In this document: positions 11,870 to 24,284 of the stretch, piece by piece
How positions within the stretch are numbered: position 1 is the stretch's first letter
Layout of the letters: every line of letters begins with the position of its first letter
Origin: Chiloscyllium plagiosum
Lineage: Eukaryota
NCBI RefSeq assembly: GCF_004010195.1
Contig: NC_057720.1
Coordinates: 29,486,125-29,550,124 of the forward strand
Length of the DNA stretch: 64,000 bases
Direction of reading: 5' to 3'
Translations under genes and position numbers: made by a program
Notes under the pieces: model-generated
Databases searched by the model: none
Seen by the model: the letters and a program-made list of their open reading frames with translations, nothing else
What the model was told of the DNA's origin: nothing

Positions 11870-14800
11870 AAGATGCAGTTGGAGGTAGGCTGGGCTCATA
11901 TTCAATTTAGATGAAATGTGACCCCAGCCAGCTTTTCATTCAAATCTCTAACCATTGCACTGGCTATATGTCTAAACAGAAAACTCTGTCAACTCATAAT
12001 CCCAACCAGGTTTTGAAACAGGGACTACTGGCATTGCCCATTGAGCAAATTGTACTGAGCATTTGATGCCAAGTTCCTCTAGAAGTTCCAATTCAGCGTC
12101 TACATTGGCACATAGGGCATAGGGGATTGATCATGTTCCAAAGTATTTAGGTCAAGTCTCTATGTCTACATAATCTTGGCCGTGGCGCTTTTTATCTTTT
12201 TAAGACTCTCTTCGTACACATTGGGATACTTCCCAATGACATTGTATAGATATCTAGTACCCCTTTTAAAGATCTGCTGCTTATCTAAGTAGATTTTCTG
12301 CAGCCAGTCCCTTTCTACAAGTTTGGGACCTGTCACACCACCATTAAAGGAAGTCAGGTTGTCTGTTGCCCATGCATAACTGGGATTGCAGTGATCCCAA
12401 TAATATATAAGGTCTCCCCAGTGTATGTGGCCAACCTAGCCTTGTGTCTCTCAGACCTAAAGGCAAGATGCTCCAGAATTTCCTAAAGGTTTGCTCCCTA
12501 TCGATAGATGCAGCGATACCTGGTGTCTACCTCCATGTCAAAGGGGTGGCCATTTTCCTGAGTATTGCGTTAGTTGGGGCCACTTTGACAGCTGTGATGT
12601 AATTTAGCTGTGTCAATTCCTCATCCCCAGGCTGATTTATTTGCTAAGCTCTGTCTTGAAGTGACTTCACCTTTCAATCTTGAGGTATGCGCTTCGCCTT
12701 TTTTCCGTAGCCTTGTCTGGAATGGACCCTGTAACTATGAGTGCAGCATTGACAATCTTGCTCCACACTATATTGTGGAGAAATTTGCCATCCAGTTCTG
12801 GAAACTTGCGGCCTCTGACAGCAATCCCCTTCCTTAACAATCAACAGAAGCCACGAGTATTATCTGCTGTGGACTTGGCTCTCTGGTAAGGGAGTAACTC
12901 AAGGTTGAGTTTGGTACCATTTACAGATCTTGATGCTGCTGAGACCTTTTATCCACATTTTTGTGAGAAAGGGCCAGTTCAATGGCTTCCTCGAGGTCCA
13001 TTTCTAGTTCAGTCAGTAGCTTCCTTTGGGTCACAATACTATTAACTCCATAAACCTAGCGATTCCTTAACCTTTCCTGAAGTGCTAACCCATACACACA
13101 GTGTTCCACCAATTTCCATAGTCTCATCAAGAATCCAGTGACTGATTCCCTCAGAAATCTATTTGCTGGTTTAAGCCTGCAATGTAACAGATGGTTTGAG
13201 ATCATAATGGTCTGCTACCATATTTATAAGTTCGTCAAAAGATTTTGACTCTAGTGTTGCCAAGTAGGTTAGTCTCTTTACAATGCTGAACGTTAGGGCT
13301 CCACGAGTGGTCAGGAGAGTGACTTTTGTCAGTGATCCCTTTCTATCCCATTTGCCTGAAAAAAAGGTATCTTATTCTTTCGATGTACTGAAGCTAATCC
13401 TTCTCACCCCATCAGAAGGCTTTCCAAACAGCAGCAGTTCCAATATTTCCCTGTCATTGTCTTACCAGGTCCAAAAGTTTTCTTGATCTTATCGCTAAAT
13501 GTAATAACTCAGGAGGATCTACTGGAAAGAAACATCTTGCACCATTGAATGTCAAAATGGAGCCACTACTTGAAGCATACATGGGCTCATCACAGTCTGG
13601 GACAGACATGTATGCAGACTTATCCGTGGGTCTGCTTTGTCTTTTTGTTCTTAACTACTATCCATCACCAGTAAATTATCTGTGTGGCCCATTGAATATT
13701 TACATACAAAGCCCATTATAGGCAATACAAACCATCAGAGAGTGAGGAGGAGGTGGCAAGAGCAGAAAGGAGCTAAATCAAAATGGAGTTGGAGAGTAAA
13801 TTAAAGTACTCTGCCCCCTGCAGTGCCCACTTCTCTCTAAAAGCATTGTGAGTATTGGTGGATACCACACACCTCCTCTTCAAGGATACCAGGGCATGAA
13901 TGTAGCTACCAGGGTCTACTTTATTACTTTTTACACAACCTGTTCAGGGGTTATTATTACACACCTATGAAGCAGATGGGACTTCAATGTGGGTTTTATG
14001 ACCCAAAGGTATGGACAGTACAACTGCACCACCACAGTCCCTCTGGGTTTGGCTTTCATTTTTTCTTTTTGTATCCATGTAGCCAATTGAGTATTTACAT
14101 GCAAAGACCATTATCAGTAATACAAACTACCAGAAGGGGAGGGCAAGTTAGGGAGAGTGGGAAGGCACTAAATCAAAATGGACAGGGTCTGCTTTTTATA
14201 TATTTGGAAGTATTATCACAGACACAGCCAAATGTTCTTCTTTCCGCCCATCACCAAATCACCATTTTTTTTTTGTTTTCAACTATTGATCTTCACTGGT
14301 AAATCATCCATGTGGCCCATTGGGTATTTGCAAGCAAACCATCAGGAAGTAAGGAGGAGGGTAGGGGAGGGGAAGCAGGCTAAATCCAAAAGGAGCTGGA
14401 TGGGGAGATAAAATACTCTACCCCCTGCAGTGACCAGCTGTCTCTAAAATGTTTTTTTTTCTTTATATCCAGAAATGCTCTTCTTTTAGCTACTAATTGC
14501 CACCAGTAAATCACCCATGTTGCCATTTAGAAATTTCCATGCAAAGCCCATTACGAATAATGTAAACCATGAAAGGTGAAGAGGAGCTAGCGAGGTTGTC
14601 TGCTTTTCTTTTAAGGTTTTATTTATTCTTTCTCCAAATCATTAGTGATTAGTACTGTTCTTTTTTAAACCTTGTTTAGAGATGATATTATACATCTTTG
14701 GAGCAAGTGGGACATGAACCCAGGCCTACCAGTCCATGGGTGGGGACATTGTGCTACAAGAAAACCCATAGGTCTGCTTCAATCTTTTTCTCTGAACTAC

Positions 14801-15260
14801 CTCTGGTCAATTTCTTTTTTTATTTTTAACAGTGAGACAGGAAATTAAGATATTTTTGTGAAAAGGCTTTATTATATTATTTTCTTTTTTTCCCATCGCT
14901 CAGGAAACATCTGAGTTGTCAATTGAACGTTTGCCAAACAAAGCCTGTTAAACCAATGCTAATGTCAAAAACTGATTGGGGGTGGGGGGGAGGTCGGGAG
15001 GAAGGGAGAAAAGAAGGGCATGAAGGTGAAATGGAGTTGACGTGGGAAATGAAGCATTGTATCCCCTGTGCTGCCCACCTCATTATAAAGACATCATGAG
15101 CATTGATGGACACCACATGTTCATTCTCCAATGACACCCAGTCTCAAATATAACCATGGAAGAGGGGCAGAGAGTTGGTGGAAATGATCAAAGGGTATAC
15201 TTTTCAAAGGGCTCAGATGATGAGTTCCTGCTGGGCAGGCCATTGCTGTTACCAAGGAAG
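11870..15260 (-). mobile_element. Gypsy LTR retrotransposon family A, 3'-truncated (5' LTR starting 13500, gag, protease, start of RT); LTR expanded by insertion array
   Basis: LTR end agttattaca then decayed TGGCGACGAG-type PBS (13488-13499); gag start LLFGKP; protease NGHPFDMEVDT (~12520-12556). Confidence 0.7.
13639..15192 (-). repeat. Head-to-tail array of Tx1-type LINE 3' ends and short tRNA-SINEs inside the Gypsy A LTR
   Basis: Unit at ~13775-13908 translates SYIHALVSLKRRCVVSTNTHNAFREKWALQGAEYFNLLSNSILI*; ORF 14919-15137 has SLENEHVVSINAHDVFIMRWAAQGIQCFIS; units separated by gggtctgcttt copies. Confidence 0.75.
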
Positions 15261-15580
15261 ATTATGAGGAGATTAATTAATGATTTCCCATGGCTTATCT
15301 GTGTAGTTCACGATTTTAGGAATTTGGTCTTTCACCACACGTTCCCTGAGCACAAATCTGCTTATTAATTGATTAATCTTTCTGTTACTATTCCTCAATC
15401 ACATTTTTTTCTAACTTTTATATTCACTTTCTCATTCAATGTGCATCAAAGAAGTTTATTTTTGATCGTATTCAAGTTTTTTAAAGTACATTTCATAAAC
15501 ATGGGTTGACAGATTGTACTTTGAATGCAATAATTGTAAATGGAACAGTTCTCAGTTCAGATGTGCATGAATCTGTTAAT

Positions 15581-15611
15581 TAGCTGATGCATATGCTTTC
15601 TGTTTTCACAG
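15581..15611 (+). promoter_or_regulatory. Probable splice acceptor for the TMEM275 coding exon
   Basis: gctgat branch-like motif then gctttctgttttcacag ending 15611, 72 nt before the ATG. Confidence 0.6.
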
Positions 15612-15683
15612 CTAAAGCAATTAAATACCATTTTACGTGTGACTTGGAGTGGGAATGGTTTAGCACATCCCTTGATTGAAAGT

Positions 15684-16238
15684 ATGATGTTCACTGAGAA
15701 GACTAACACTGCTGTACCTCAGAAGCCTGGACAGAAGAAGACAAGACCTCAGGGTCTTCCATCTCCAGCTCTGTGTTGTGCCTGTGGCCTCTGCATCATG
15801 TTGGCAGGAATTAACATAACTCTTGTGGGAGCCTTTGCATTTGGTACCTTCTTACCAGTGAACAATCCCCCCATCATTATTGGGCCCATCTTGCTAGTGG
15901 TTGCCTTCACCTTCTTTGCAGCCTGTTGCATCTGCAGTCGGAGACCTCCAGCTCATGGCCAGAGGAAGTCCAAACCTGGCTCCAATATTGGCATCATTAA
16001 GCCGGGCCATGCCACATTTGAGATTGAGACCAGTGAGCATACAGTGCAAGACACGACTGCAGTCCAGCTCAGCCCCACAAACTCACCAGTGTCTTCGAAG
16101 AAATCCACTCCAGTCCATGAAAACTCAAAGACATGCAAACTGTTCACAATGGATGCCAACAATCCTGGAGCCAAGTATACAGCTGGTGCTGAGGCGATAC
16201 AACTGAACCTTCCCCGTGACTTGGGCTCATCATCATAG
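15684..16238 (+). CDS. TMEM275: Transmembrane protein 275, single coding exon (184 aa from ATG 15684; alternative ATG 15687)
   Basis: Intact ORF with GLPSPALCCACGLC..LAGINITLVGAF, second TM ending FFAACCICSRR, ETSEHTVQDTTAVQLSP and terminal IQLNLPR, matching TMEM275 as I recall it; the ORF-track start at 15639 is a GTG upstream of the first ATG. Confidence 0.93.
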   Translation: MMFTEKTNTAVPQKPGQKKTRPQGLPSPALCCACGLCIMLAGINITLVGAFAFGTFLPVNNPPIIIGPILLVVAFTFFAACCICSRRPPAHGQRKSKPGSNIGIIKPGHATFEIETSEHTVQDTTAVQLSPTNSPVSSKKSTPVHENSKTCKLFTMDANNPGAKYTAGAEAIQLNLPRDLGSSS

Positions 16239-17360
16239 AACTGGATTGAGCTCTGAGTCCAAAACTACCCTCACTGTACAATGTCATGGCAAAGTCTTTT
16301 GAACTGTCCACCAGCGGAAACTTGTTGTTAAGTTTGAACAACCAATGCTGCAGACTATATTAATCTACTGTTCTGTATGAACTGCATTCACCTTCATTTT
16401 TACAGGTTCTGTTACTTGAACAGTGATATTTTAAATCTCCTGCTGTTTTCTGAGAGCAAAATGCACAAGACAGAAGTTATTCAAAAAAAAGTTTATTTTT
16501 AAAACTGAACAGTGAAATTTGACAGCAAAAGCACTGTCTGATAGTAACTTCACTAAGCCCCAAAACATGAGACAGTTGCAAGCATCTGTGCAAATTGCAG
16601 GCAACATGATGCGAAATCAATTGGTTGAGAAGTGTAAAGAGCATAAACATTATATCAAAAGTATTTTGTCACAAGTAAAGAGTTTTGTTACCAGACGTCC
16701 TTTTTTTTACCCATGCCCACTCCACCCTCAAAAAAAAATTGGGATGCAGTACAGGGAACATTTGTTTTAATTCAGACAAAACTCATTCAATAACGTACTT
16801 TGAGAAGCTTAATTTTGTGAACAGAGATACATATTTTGGCAAAACCCAATTCTCCCCATATACCTCAATTCTCTTCTGGATCTGTTTCATTGATTTAAGC
16901 ACTGTATAAGGGCTCACATAGTGCTGACATAATTAAACTGTGAGACCAAGGGTAGAAGTATTAAGGGCAGGAGGATTATGACAATATATTTGCTTTATCT
17001 ATCTCTCCCTTTTTTGGGGGGGGTAACAAAAACAGTTGGAGTTCTATCAAGGAGGTAGCTTGAAGGAATGTGAATTGTCCAATGTATACAATTGCCTAAA
17101 GTAAGATTGTGAGATGAACAATACTACAAATTGGAAAAGAAGTGAAAAACAAGTATTAGTTACCTGCTATTGTTAATCAGCTTTAAAATTGTAATTATGA
17201 GTTATGTATTTATCATGAATGAAATGGAGGGAATGTTGTGAAAATGCCAGGAAATTTTGTTTTGTTTATTTAACTACTTCTGGAGAAACCTGTACCGATC
17301 ATGTCATTGCGTAAGATGTATTATCTGTTCATTGTATTCGTTAACATAGAAACAATTCCA

Positions 17361-17366
17361 AATAAA
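17361..17366 (+). terminator. Probable TMEM275 polyadenylation signal
   Basis: AATAAA closing ~1.1 kb of repeat-free AU-rich 3'UTR-like sequence, followed by T/GT-rich sequence. Confidence 0.5.
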
Positions 17367-17589
17367 TGTTTTCTTGTATCTGTAAAGTACAACTAGACAT
17401 AAAGTATTTGTGTAGAAGATGGATTGAATGGGAGGACTCTAATTAAAGTCTATTACTTACATTGACTGAGTTTTAGTAAGGAACAGTACTATTTTAAAAA
17501 GTAATGGAAAAACCCAAAATGTGGACATACTTTGTGCTCAATGCAATAAAGAGTGGGAGTAAAAGAAGGCAGTGCTATTAATTAGATCA

Positions 17590-19240
17590 TAAGACAGTAA
17601 GATCATATAGGAACAGGAGTAAATCATTTGACTCCTCAAGCATGTTCCACCATTCAATAGGATTATGGCTGATCTGACATTCCTCATACCCATTTTCTTG
17701 CTTTTTTCTCGTACTTTAATTCTAATACTGACCAAGAATCTATCTGTCACAGCCTTAAATATACACAAATACTCTTCCCCAACAGCTCTCTGTGGTATAA
17801 CATTCCAAAGATTCACACATTTCAATCTTAAATTTGTGCCCCTTTATTCTAAAACTATGTCCTCAGGTCCTAGACTCACTTATGAGGTGAAATGTTCTCT
17901 CAGCATTTATTCTGTCAAGTCCCCTAAGAATCCTGTATGTTTCAATGAGGTCACCTCTCACTCTTCTAAACTACACTGAGTAGAGTCTCAATTTGTTTAG
18001 CCTTTGCTCTTAAAACAATCCTCCTTACCAGGGATCATCCTAGTGAAAACAAAAAATGCTGGAAATCACAATGGATCAGGCAACATCTATAGAGAGAGGA
18101 CAAGCTAATATTTCGAGTCTAGATGGCTCTTCATCGGCTCTGATGAGTCATTTAGATTCAAAACGTACAGATTCTAGAATCTGCCATAACTTGCTCCTAC
18201 ATCATCCTAGTGAACCTTCTCTGATCAGCCTCCAATGAAATGATATCTTCCCTAAATAAGGGGACAAAATTGTTTACAGTGCTCTAGATATGATCTCACC
18301 AGCACCTTGTACAAGTGCAGTAAGACTTCCCTACTTTTATATTATAACCACCTAGAAATAAATGTCCACATTCCATTAGCCTTCCTGATTACCTTTTGCA
18401 TCTGTGTGATAGCTTTCTGTGTTTCATGTACAAATACCTGTAAGTCTCTTTGTATTGCAGTTTTCTTCTGTCCATTTAAATAATATTCTGTTTTTTCATT
18501 GTCCCTTCCAAATTGAATTTGCCAACATTTTTTCCACTTATTTAACCTATCAATATCTCTCTGTAAACTGTTTGTACCTCTATTGCAACCTGCCTTTCTA
18601 CCTATTTTTGTGTCATCTGCAAATTTGACTACAGTACATTCATTTCCTTCCTCTAAATGATTAACATCTATTATAATCATTGTGATCCCAGCACTGGCCC
18701 CCGTGGAACTCCACTGGTCACAGATTGCTAATTTGAAAAATACCCCTAATCCCTACTCACTGTTTCTTGCCCATGCCAACATACCACTTCCAACACTGTG
18801 ACATGCCATTTGTAAGGTAAGTTTCAAACTCCTTCTGGAAGTCCAAATGCAACATACTTACCAGTTGTCCTCTATCCACTCTGATTGAGACTTCCTTGAA
18901 AAACTTTAATAAATTAATCAGACACAATTTCCTTTTCATGAAGCCAAGCCAACTCCGTTTGATTAGATTATTATATTCCAATGTTCTGCTTTTATAGCTT
19001 TAATAATAGATTCCAATACTTTTCCAACAAATGACGTTAGGCTAATCAGCCTACAGTTACCCACTTCTTGCCTTCCCCTCTCTTTTTTGAATAAGGTATC
19101 ACACAGGTAGTTTTAAAATCCTCTGATATTTCTCTAAATTTGAAGAATGTTTGGAAAATTACAACCAATGCATCCATTATCTCTGCAGCTACCTCTTTTA
19201 GGATCCTAGGATTTAAGTAATTAGGACAGGGGATATAATT
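17590..19240 (-). mobile_element. CR1 LINE RT and 3' end
   Basis: KFADDTKIG, GFMKRKLCLINLL, PRILKEVAAEI motifs. Confidence 0.9.
18048..18200. mobile_element. Short Penelope-derived element in CR1
   Basis: Perfect 14-bp TSD atcatcctagtgaa at 18034-18047 and 18201-18214; internal inverted ctgatga motif. Confidence 0.7.
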
Positions 19241-19273
19241 ACCCAAGCTGTGTTAGTTGGTCTAACAATGAGG

Positions 19274-19482
19274 ATTGGTTAACCTCAGTTAGCTGGGCAT
19301 TTGGTTCAAAATTCAGAGTGATGCCAACAGGTTCAATTCTACACTGGCTAAGGTTGCCATGAAGGACTTCCTTTCTCAACCCCTTCCCTGAGGTATAGTG
19401 AACCTCAGGTTAAACCATCACCAATTGTCATTCTGTCATGAGAGAGCAGCCTTGGTCTGGTAAGACTATGGCAACTTTACTT
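19274..19482 (+). mobile_element. tRNA-derived SINE
   Basis: ggttcaattc B box; homologous to 2113-2330. Confidence 0.55.
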
Positions 19483-20149
19483 GATGGTACTCAATTACTC
19501 CCCCATTTTCTTTGGCATTAATGGGATGTTTGAAGTAACTTACACTGTAAAGTCTGATTCATAATATCTGTTTAACTCCTCTACCATTTCCCATTCACTA
19601 ACAATGCAAGCATCAGAGACCCAAAGGTACAGGGGCTTGGCTGAAAAAATAGCCTGGTAGATCGTGAGATATAGTTCATTAAAAATGCATCCCATTCAAA
19701 TTGCTAATAGCAGCATGACTACAAAGAGGCATTAAAGATTGTACAGTACTGCGCTGCTAATGACTTAATGTAGGAGACAGTGAATTCTTGTCCTCTTGTC
19801 TGAGGAACATGAAGATAACAAATAAAGGCAGAAAAAAGATTTTGATATTTTTGTATTGTAACAAGGATAAAGGCATGCGGTACAAGGCACCATTATGGCT
19901 TGAAGACCAAAAGTGATCTTAAAATTGGTGATTATTAGTTTGAATTTAGTAAACTGAAGTTTGCAGGAAAATGGAAATTCTTTTGGGAGAAACAAGCTCC
20001 ACAGGTTTGACATCATAATAGGGAATTAGATTTGCAATGATCGAATTAACCTTAATTTTAATGTGACAGGAATATTGAGAGGGAGAAGAATGTAAGATGC
20101 AAAACATAGAATTCAGAAGAAGCAAAAGAACATCAGAGTAATGATCAAT

Positions 20150-21240
20150 CGAATATGTGCGATTGCAGAAATACACTAGTATGAACAGAGAATTGATCAA
20201 CAGTCAGAAAGCAGGGTGTAGGAAAAAGTGGATGAGATGGCAGACTATTGCTACTGGGATACCACAAGGATCAGTGTGAGGTCTAGTGCTGTTCATGATC
20301 TCTGTAAATGACTTGAATCCTATTTTATTCATTTATTGGATGTGGACATCATTGGCTAAGCCAGCATTTGTTACCCATCTTTAGTTGCCCTTGAGATGTA
20401 AGAGTGGCTTCATGAAAGGGAAATTATGTCTGATTAACTTATTAGAGTTTTGAGAGTCTCAACTAGAATGAATACAGGAGAACTATGTTTGGACTTCCAG
20501 GAGTTCAACAAGATACCTCACAAAAGGCAAGTCACAAGATAAGAGCTAGTGGTGGTAGTGAGCTGCCTTCTTGAACCGCTGCAGTCTATTTGCGATAGTA
20601 GACTCACTTTGCCTTTAGGATGGGAGTGCCAGGATATTGACCAGTGACAGTGAAGGAACAGATATATATTTTCAAGTCAGCTTGGATGGGAACTTGTAGG
20701 TGGTTGTGTTCCCTTATATCTGCAGCCTTTATCCTTCTATATGGTATTGGTCATGGGCTTGGAAGGAGGTGCCATGGTGAATTTCTTCATTGTGTCTTGT
20801 AGATGGTAAACACTTCTACTACTGACTGTCTGTGGTGGAGGGAGTGAATGTTTGGGGTTGTGGTACCAATCAAACAGGCTGCTTTGTCCTGTATTGTGTC
20901 AAGTTCGTTGAGTATTGTTGGAGCTGCAGCATTCAGGCATACGAGGAGCATTCCATCACATTGCTGACTTGTGCCTTGTAGATGGTGAGCAGGCTTTGTG
21001 AGTCAGGGTATGAATTACTTGCTGCAGTATTCCTAGCCTCTGACTTGCTCTTGTGGTTACAGTATTTATATGGCTAGACCAGTTCAATTTTTGTTCAATG
21101 GTTACCCCCTAGTATATTGATAGTGGGGAATTCAGCAACAGTAATGCAATTAAATCTGAATGGATGATGGTTAGAATCACTCTTGTTGGAGATGGTCATA
21201 GACTGGCAATTGTGTGTTGCAAATTTTACTTGCCACACCA
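20150..21240. mobile_element. Interleaved CR1 fragments (+ strand RT pieces; - strand old CR1 3' half)
   Basis: gggataccacaaggatcagtg (PQGS) and ggcttcatgaaagggaaa motifs; - strand homology to 6560-7605. Confidence 0.65.
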
Positions 21241-22079
21241 AGGCAAAGTTTCAGTCCAGCAAGTTCACTACAACCAGTTGGAGAATTCATGCTAAGTCAA
21301 TAAGGGAGTTGCAACTGAGCAGTCAGTCATCAACTGGAGCTGTTGGCCCAAGTCTACAGGAGATTGGGGACTGGTCTGTCATATTGATCATCTGAATTAA
21401 AGTCAACAGAGATTTAGCAGGGAATACAGCTGCATTAATGAGATTAGGGAAATCATTTTTGGGGATTGGAGGGAATGGCCTGGGATGCAGAGTGGACAGG
21501 AATGATAAAGGGGAAAGATTCAACATAAATATAAGTAGGAGATGATAATGCATGGCACATGGGGTACTGCCAGAGTGGTGGAGGAGTGTTATCAACAGCA
21601 GTAGTTTTAATGAGGGGGGGTTGTGCAGTACAATGGTGGGAAAAACTAAACTAACAAAACTAACCTAAGCTAGGTGTTTTGAAGAAGGTTTGGTGGACTT
21701 GAAATGTTATCTCTGATTCCTCTCTGTAGATGTAGCCAGAACTGCTGAGCTTTTCCAGCAAATTCTGTTTTGTTTCTAAACTAAACTACTCTGGGGCAGA
21801 GTGAATACTAATGAGAGGAGCAGGTGTAATATGTAGGAGCATGTGGGGGATGCAAGGACAACCAGGAAGAAAGGGAGATGGAGCTTCCCTCAATAACCAG
21901 GCTGTCTGATATTCAGACTGCCAAGTGTGACCCAGGCAGTCTTCATAGGCAAACAACTCAAAAATGCTCACTGTGAATAGAAAAGGGCTGCAACCACAGC
22001 CAGAGTGGACAGAGTGAGAGTTTAATTCAGTCTGAACACACATTCTCTACTTGTGAGCAATGTGTGGCCCTGCAAAATT

Positions 22080-22410
22080 ACATTAATCAGGCACTTTCAC
22101 AGTATAGGTTGAGGTCATCTGGAATCAAACATGTGATATGCATGCAGTATCCAACTGTGTTGAATTCATATGCTTATTATGAGCAATCTTGACCACGTCA
22201 TCGATCATTGCAGATTGAAGGTGGACATCTCTGCAAAACAGAGGTGACTTGAAGAGTGGTACCTGCAGAATGATACAGCAACAGCTTACAGACTGCACAC
22301 GACCACTGAATTGATACCGTCCCATTTTGAGCATATGCCAACATGCTCTTATATGAAATCATGTCTTTCCTGGGAAAAGTGTGGTTGAGAGAATAAGATC
22401 TCTGCACTCA
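22080..22410 (-). mobile_element. Possible very old RTE LINE C-terminal fragment
   Basis: Frame-shifted QRCPPSICN..GQD resembling RTE HQRCLRSI..WQD; weak. Confidence 0.3.
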
Positions 22411-22849
22411 TGCATCATTTAGAATCTCCTATTGTCTTCTTGTGACATGGCTAGAACTGCATTCATTATTAAAGGGCAACGTCCAAGTTCCATATTGAGT
22501 CATTCCTAGGCCCTGCTTGTTGGAGTTGTCAATATTTCACTGTGTAGAAGAGAACACTAAACCATTATTTGTGCGAATTGAATACTGACTGTTCACATTA
22601 AAATGTTTCGCTTCAGTTGCAAGTGTGACTGATGGATTCAGCCACAGCAGGGGTTATCATTGCTGTCTCTGTGATGTAACAAGAGTTTAGAAAATGGAGG
22701 AGGAACAGATGTACCAGCAAACCCAGGACAGCAGCAGCTTCCATTGGCTGCTAAATTGCCTCCTCATGAAAATGCCACAACTGAAGCCCCCTCAGGGGTT
22801 ATAGCATGTCAAGAATCTATTGGCCTCAATGTTATTTCCACGAGATGAG

Positions 22850-24035
22850 CAAGGCACAATGTCACTATACACTGAGGATGTCTCAGGATATTTCAGAGAA
22901 CAATGGCAGCTGCTGTGATCTGAAGGAGGGATGGCCCACAAGGTGACAACTGCCACTAAAAACATCTATGTATCTAACACCTCCAAGGAAGTACTGGGGA
23001 TCTGTGTGGGATCTGTCAATTCTCAAGCCACATATGATCAAGGATGTTACCAATGTTATTTGTGCCAGATTACACCACTTTATCCCATTTCCTTGTTACA
23101 AGGACAGTGTTGTAACATGGATAATTGAGTTTGGAAACATAGCTAGCTTCCCAAGGTGAAGGTCACTAGAGACTTTACACAATTGACATTGAGAAGCTAT
23201 TATTATACACAGCTGAGTTCATCAATGGAACAAGGTTCCATTCCATCAATATGCAACTGATCTGTGATCACTGATACCACAGCTTAGAAATCTATGCTCA
23301 ACTCACTGGGAGCTGCCATGATACCTACATCTTTGAAAACTTTCCTAATTTGTGTCAAGACCCAGGTGTCTTAAGGGAATGGTTACATTGAAACAAGAGC
23401 GACTCTCTGCGATCACGAATCTGTTCCACAACCCACTGACAAAGTGTCAGTACATTATCAACCATTCTTCAAACAGTGCCACGATGGAGAAGACAATGAC
23501 TCTCCTGGAGATGAGGTTCCAATGCTTAATCACATTCTGTATGATAGAGTGGTGTAGCATCAGACAATGTTTAATTGACACCCTGTTCCAGTAGATGTGA
23601 GCTGGGGGTAGTGATCATTTGTTGGCTGTAACTTTGTTGTGGCTCAACAGGCAAGTTGTCTTTTTCTGTTTAAGAAGCAAATGCAGCTTCTGTCTGTTTG
23701 TTGATTGTTGACTTCTGCTGTTGCTGAATAAAATTGAAGGCTCTGAACTAATTTAAATCTCTTTATGTGATAGCTCTATATTAAATGAAAGGAACGTTTT
23801 GGCCGACAGTGGGCATTGGAGAAATAGCAGCATTGACTTTGATCAGGTTGTAAATTGAGGTGATTCGAAGAGTGTGGCGCTGGAAAACTACAGCCAGTCA
23901 GGCAACTTCCGAGGACCAGGAGAATAGTTACTGCGAGACAAGAGCTACTTTCTGCGACCATGAATCCATTTCATGACCCATTGACAGAGACACAGCATCA
24001 ATACAATATCAACCATTCTTCAAAGAGTGCCATGT
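22850..24035 (+). pseudogene. PIF/Harbinger transposase (HARBI1-like DDE) remnant
   Basis: Frame-shifted KVTTA..GDLCGI..IKDVTN, GFHSINMQLICDH, GSCHD, EKTMTLLEMRFQCL. Confidence 0.75.
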
Positions 24036-24284
24036 TTGGGGTTGTAAAATGAGTTGAGGCGAAGGATGGGTAGACTGTGTGATTGGAGTCTAGGCCAGTT
24101 TGTTGAATATCTGTTAAATTTTGAGTGTGCTATAAAATATACAGTAACGAAACATTTAGGAATACAAAATATAGTCAAGCAGAGTCAGCTTGGCTTCATG
24201 AAGAGGAAATCATACCTGATAAATTTGTTAGAATGGTTCAGAGTAACAAACAGGCATGATAAGGGTGAAGCAATGGAAGCGTAG

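Noticed and set aside
13628..15204. Repeat-spacer pattern resembling a CRISPR array (also 31834-32400 and 37781-49328)
   Set aside because: Eukaryotic DNA, no cas genes; repeats are short degenerate TSDs and the spacers are variable-length poly(A)-tailed retroelement ends
15639..15683. N-terminal extension of TMEM275 from the ORF track
   Set aside because: Starts at GTG; the first ATG at 15684 has a purine at -3 and gives the expected protein length
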